Shown piece by piece: positions 57,946-64,000 of a DNA stretch of 64,000 nucleotides. Each line of letters begins with the position of its first letter. Positions within the stretch are counted from its first letter, which is position 1. Under the pieces are notes generated by a model that searched no databases, was not told the origin of the DNA, and worked only from the letters and a program-made list of their open reading frames with translations. The position numbers and the translations under genes were made by a program. Source of the DNA: the human T2T-CHM13v2.0 reference genome, Homo sapiens; the NCBI RefSeq assembly GCF_009914755.1, contig NC_060939.1, one strand, 5' to 3'.

Positions 57946-58389
57946 ATTTTTTAATGGATCAGGGAGCACACTTATTTAGTAAACATAGCATGTATTCCAA
58001 TTAATAAACTGTTCAATGTAAAAAGTTGGGGTGATAAGAATTAACATTCTAAGGAACAAAGAGCAGAAGCTAAGAAGGGCAATAAGAAGGGCAAAAAAAA
58101 AGTTGGAAAAAAATCCACCTTATTGGCAAAAAAATAATATTCTTGCACATGTAGGTTGTGTGTGATTATAATGTATCTCTTTTTCTTCCTTCTGCCCCAG
58201 GTCTCAGAGGCTAACGTGCTATTCTAGAGAAACATATAACAACTTTTCTCTGACTGGTTTGAAAAACTGATGTTGTTCTCACTAGAGGGATGGTGCAAAG
58301 CTTTAAAAAAGCTATAGAATGATGAAGGGAAAATAGATGTAAGGGCCAGGATCCTGTTTAAAGGATCAAGGAAGGTCTAACTCCAAGAA

Positions 58390-59210
58390 TGTCCACTTAA
58401 CATTATATTTTCATTTCTACAAATTCTATCTGGTTTCATTTCAAATCTTTGTCATATTCTCAAAGCTCATTTTATTTCTTTAAATATATTAAACAGACAT
58501 ATTTTACATTCTGAAATAGACCACTCCAAACTCTGCAGTCTACGTGGAACTGACTCTATAGTGTGTTTTTTCAATTAATGATTGCTCATGATAGTTTATT
58601 TCTTTATGTGTTGGGGATGGGAGGAGTCCTCCACCGTGGATTCAAGGCCCTTCAGTTTTATTTGTGGGAATTTATTAAGGTCTACGTTTAAATTATTGTG
58701 TTCTTCCAGAGAGATTTCCCTTTCCTTCTACCAGGAGCTGGGATTACTGCCAATCCAAGACCATTTTCAACTGAACATTCAACTTGGCCCTACAGGTGGT
58801 ATGAACTCAAACCCAAAGCCTACCTTCATGCAGGCTTATCGTTGGTAACTCTCATGGGGGACTTCTCTTTTCCATTCCTCCCACAACCAAAGCAGAGACA
58901 GTTATATATGTCCCCACCATGCCCTCTCCAGAGCAGATTCTTCCTAGTGTTTCCACTCGGGGTTAACCATTTGGTGTGCTGACTCTATGTGGGAGCTCTG
59001 ACTTGACCTTTACCCTGTCTTGGGCGCTGTTTCCTGTGCTCCCTACACATGCCTGGTTAAAACCCACACTTTAGGCCTTTAGAGGTTAACAGATACCACG
59101 GGGACCAATGCTTGTTCCAATGGTCACTTACCCCTCCTGACACATAGTGTCTTGTCATTCCTACCCTCCAAGGAATTCCCTTACATTTCTGCCAGCTCAG
59201 CCATGCTTTT
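58390..59210 (-). mobile_element. Old L1M 5'/ORF1-region fragment
   Basis: T-rich decayed L1 pattern (attttcatttctacaaattctatctggtttc; ttgctcatgatagtttatttcttt). Confidence 0.5.
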
Positions 59211-59223
59211 AAAACTACTTTTT

Positions 59224-59632
59224 TTTTTTTTTTTTCTATCAAATGTGGTTTTTTTATTCAACAACTGACAAGCACTTTTCTACAGCTGCACTTGTGGAAC
59301 ATCACATGGCAAAAACAGGAGTTTTTTCGCTAGACTTTTTTCTTTTTAACCTTATTAAAAATGAGATTGGTCCTAAAAATATAGAAAGAAATAAATTTAA
59401 ATTCACAAAAAACTGTACATTATCAAAAAGTCACTAAAACACCACATTTGGTTATATAAAAAGTCCCTTTTGCTGTAAAAGGAACACAGAAACTTGTTGG
59501 TGTTGATGGTGTGGTTTCTTCCTGTCAACCAGACTGATGGGAGGGAAGCAAAAGGGCAGGGGGTGGGTTGTCTTTTTATTTTAAACCTGCTTTCCCTACC
59601 AAATACTCTTGAGCTAGGTGGATTTTCTCTTC
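59224..59632 (-). pseudogene. Retroposed mRNA 3'-end fragment (truncated processed pseudogene or orphan 3' transduction); parent not identified
   Basis: Minus-strand poly(A) at 59219-59235 with AATAAA (59253-59258) 17 nt upstream. 13-bp TSD aaaactacttttt (59211-59223, 59633-59645) at a TT/AAAA site. The body is non-repeat and 3'UTR-like. Confidence 0.8.
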
Positions 59633-60145
59633 AAAACTACTTTTTAAAAAATATTTTATCTAGCATGTTCAGGCTTGCTTTCCCAAGCACGGTCTCCCTT
59701 AACATCTAGTCTGCCATATAGCTAGAACTAGAACTCTCCCGTCCAGAGATTTGCACAGGGGCTGTAAACAGTCCCATGTGGCATGTTACTACCCTGGGTC
59801 AACATCCAAATAACAGGCTTCATTTCAACCTCTAAAATCAGTATAATGTTTATGTATACATTTTTCTTTTACCTCAATGCTATACTGTTTAAATATGGTG
59901 TGAGTGTGTATCACATATTATAATTTTTACAATAATTATTTTATATAATTATACTTAATTATATTCACATTTATTTATTTCTTGAAGCAAGTACCTGTAC
60001 TTGTTCCATGTAATCACACCTACAGCACATGGCCTCTACCAATGAACTTTAAAAACCAATTCAGAAAGCAAAAGGTAAGTTATGTTAAAACCTAACTAGT
60101 CGTATTACCTATTTCTAGAGCCTCTGCTCAACAATAAGAATTTAA

Positions 60146-60589
<444 letters not shown>

Positions 60590-60812
60590 TAACACATGTG
60601 AAAAACCATAATCCAGAACCAAACATCTTTAATAATTTTTAAAATGTTTACAGTATAGGTAGAATACAAAGTATATTTATAACCTCTCTTGTTCCAAAAT
60701 AAATTTGAAACTGAAACCTACTAATATATTTATAACTTGATTATAAATGATAGTTGAAACAAAGTAAGTTAATGGAAAAATATCCAACTATCCTTAACAT
60801 TTTCATCTCAAA

Positions 60813-60980
60813 CATTAGGAGAAATATCTAATCCATGCAGGGCTTAAAACCTAGATGATGGGTTGATAGGTGTAGCAAACCACCATGGCACATGTATACC
60901 TATGTAACAACCTGCACTTTCTGCACATGTATCCCAGAACTTAAAGTAAAATTTTAAAAAATAATAAATAAATAAATAAA
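60813..60980 (+). mobile_element. 5'-truncated L1PA (about PA8-PA10) 3' end
   Basis: gggcttaaaacctagatgatgggttgataggtg...cccagaacttaaagtaaaa with a (TAAA)n tail; 17-bp TSD aacattttcatctcaaa / aacattttcctctcaaa. Confidence 0.9.
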
Positions 60981-62921
60981 AACATTTTCCTCTCAAAGAA
61001 CTCCAGCTAATTATGTTTTAAATTTCTCATAAATTATATTGATGTAGTCAATAACTTTTAAAAGGTTACTGGGTCATTTATTCATTGCAGGATAATTCAT
61101 GATCATCAGCGAAATACCTATAACTGTACTACATTCTCAACTATTAAATGATAATATTCCATTGCAAGGAGTTTTGTTAAGGTTTCTGCATTAAATGATG
61201 TAGAAATATATAATTCTGAAAATTTTATGTTCTACTTGCTTGTTTCAAAATGGGCCTGTGATTAAGAGAACAAATTTTTTAACGTTTCTCTGTTAATGTA
61301 CAAATCTCACTCTCCAAAGTTTACAACCAAATGTTTTGCATCATTACACACACCTGCCACCACCTACAGAAAGAACAAAAGTTGTATACTCTAAATACCA
61401 ATTGTATGTGGCAGTGTTATTATTTTATCCACATTTCTAAAACCTGTTACAAGTGAAAAAAAGATTAAAATAATTTCTGCAGTTCTAAACAAAGACACCA
61501 AAGTATAACTATTTTTCCAATTCGGACCTTCATTAATGTACGAATGCCAAAGCACACTAGTTGGTCTTCCTATTTAACCACAAACATGTCAGGTCTGTTT
61601 GGAGTAGTGTTGAATGTGGAAAAGATGTATATCCGGTTGGTAACAGCTTAAAGGTTTTAGAATAAAGCCTACATTTGTGGGTGGCCACAAATCTTAGCTA
61701 AAAATTGGCTGAACTATACGGACGTGACTTAGAGAGGTTGGATTTATTGAAATGTTCACAGGCTGAGGTGTCAGAAGAGTTGGCCTTCTGATTATTTCTG
61801 AAAAATCATTTAGCTGCTCAAGACTTTGGTTTCTAATCCATGGAACTGGCCCAATGACCTCCAAGCCCCTTTAGCTGTCACATTCAAGAATTCTGAATCT
61901 ATAGCATGTGTAACAATTGAAGGTAGACTTTCCACCCCATTCTCTAAGCAGAAGGAACACTCCAGTCTTCTGACTGGGGTTCATATATGCTTATATCAGG
62001 TTAAATGACAAGAGCATGTCGAAATAAGAATCAAAATGAGAGGATTTATCATCCTTTGTCAGCCACATTCTTATCCTCAATGCTCAGCAACAGGGCTTAG
62101 AGTGCTAAACATTTTGATGCAATAATGACAATGCAGTTCACCAAACAAGGCCAAGCTCAGTGGTTTCCAGGAAACTGAAAAGAGAAAGAATGTGGATAGA
62201 AATAGTAGAGACTTCAAATGATGAAGAAAATGAATGAAGTTCAAACTGAGAATCAAAAAGAGACAGAAAAAAGACCTAAAAAGTGTGGTCAATGCATTTG
62301 GAATGACTAGAACCAGGGAAAGTTTTTCCTAACAATACTAATAAAACATCTTTGAGAGTATTTTATCATTAGTGGGATCAATGGGATAAGGTCAGATTGA
62401 TTATTTTTTATTTAAAATGCAAAAACTAAAATGGAATTCTTTTGATTTGTGAAAGATAGGATCATTATGCAACTTCATCAAAGGTATTTTTACCTAACCC
62501 TAGAAGTCAAAAATGTTCTTTATTTTTTAAAAAAAACAAAAAATCTTTATTGTCACAGTGGAACACTCACACCTCTGAAAAATGAGACAAATCATGAATT
62601 ATTGTTACTATTCATTTAAATTACTCAAAAAGTCCATCATTATGTTAATGGATTAAAATATCTTTAAATAAGAGAATGATATAATAAAATTGCCTTAATT
62701 ATGGCTCCCCTTTCTTTAGGAATAAAGGCAATTTAATAGAAAGTAGAAAATTATCTAATAAAGGTAAGTTACAGCACATATTCTATTTCCCTTCAGATGG
62801 TTGTTAGTATATATGCGCCAATATACGAATATATATATATAACATAGTTGATAAAAATCTATCTTAAATGTTTATTTTTATGTTTCGTATCATATATTTT
62901 CAATTAAAAGTCATATATTAA

Positions 62922-63224
<303 letters not shown>

Positions 63225-63329
63225 CTAAAAGTCTTCTATTGACAAAGTCCACGTACTTGTCATTTTTATCATCCTACCATAGAATTAAATGGGTTAATAT
63301 TATATAAGTTGCTTTGACATTCCCTTCTT

Positions 63330-64000
63330 TGAGAACATTTATTTCCTGGGTTTTTTGTTTGGTTGGTTGTTTGGTTTCCTCGGGCATTATTACTTTGAAA
63401 ATATTCCTAAAAGTAGAATTATACAGGTCAAAAATATGAATCATATTATAGCTGTTGTTACATTTATTGACCAATTGTTTTCCAGGAGAAAAAATAACCC
63501 ATTCAAACAGCTACCAATAATGTCCAAATATCGCTGTCCCAATCTTTACACCACTCTTACTGACACATAATGATATCACATTTGTCATTCTTTTGGCTGG
63601 CCTAACGGGTGTATATAGTTCCTACAGGTTGTCTGAATATGAATTTTAATTGCTGATAAGGCTGAATATTATTCCTTGTGATGACTCACTCTATTTTTCT
63701 AAATATATAAAAACCACTTACTGAGATACAATAAGCAATGATCTCTTGTACATGTAGATGCTTTCCATATTTTTAAACATTAATTTATTTCTGTTTATAG
63801 ACACAACATATGTATATTACAGACAGTCTGAGATATAAACAAAAGCACAAGAATAATATAAAAATCACCCATAATCCCAACACACTTTTCCCTTTAAATA
63901 CTGTGTGTTACAAAAAGTTAATTTCCTTTCTCCGCCTCCCCATCCATCCCGATCCCCGCTAAAAGTAATTACTGTTAAGCATTTGGTATATGTATATTGT
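63330..64000 (-). mobile_element. Old L1ME-type fragments
   Basis: attcctaaaagtagaattatacaggtcaaa...ccaattgttttccag (reverse L1 3' region); the orientation of the last ~250 bp is less certain. Confidence 0.6.

Overview
This 64 kb window is AT-rich, CpG-depleted primate (most likely human) nuclear DNA. It is dominated by interspersed repeats: about 17 Alu copies or fragments, L1 fragments ranging from old L1M to young L1PA2, L2, MIR, ERV1/ERVL/MaLR solo LTRs and Tigger/MER DNA transposons. I find no credible protein-coding exon, RNA gene or CRISPR array; the listed ORFs are repeat-derived or chance. Most L1s and several LTRs lie on the A-rich + strand, which suggests a large intron of a minus-strand gene that I cannot identify. 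The best non-routine signals are: (1) a ~410 bp retroposed mRNA 3' end with AATAAA, poly(A) and a 13-bp TSD at 59211-59645; (2) a heavily decayed Gypsy/ERV-like pol relic (RNase H-integrase) at ~47.2-48.6 kb; (3) a possible hAT transposase dimerisation-domain relic at ~16.6-16.8 kb; (4) a near-consensus CTCF site at 43019; (5) three repeat-free, homeodomain-motif-rich candidate enhancers; (6) a candidate cryptic or poison exon at 42109-42299 (-); and (7) well-resolved nested insertions. I see no evidence for a new multi-gene system. Repeat subfamily names come from recalled consensus sequences, and boundaries of old repeats are approximate.
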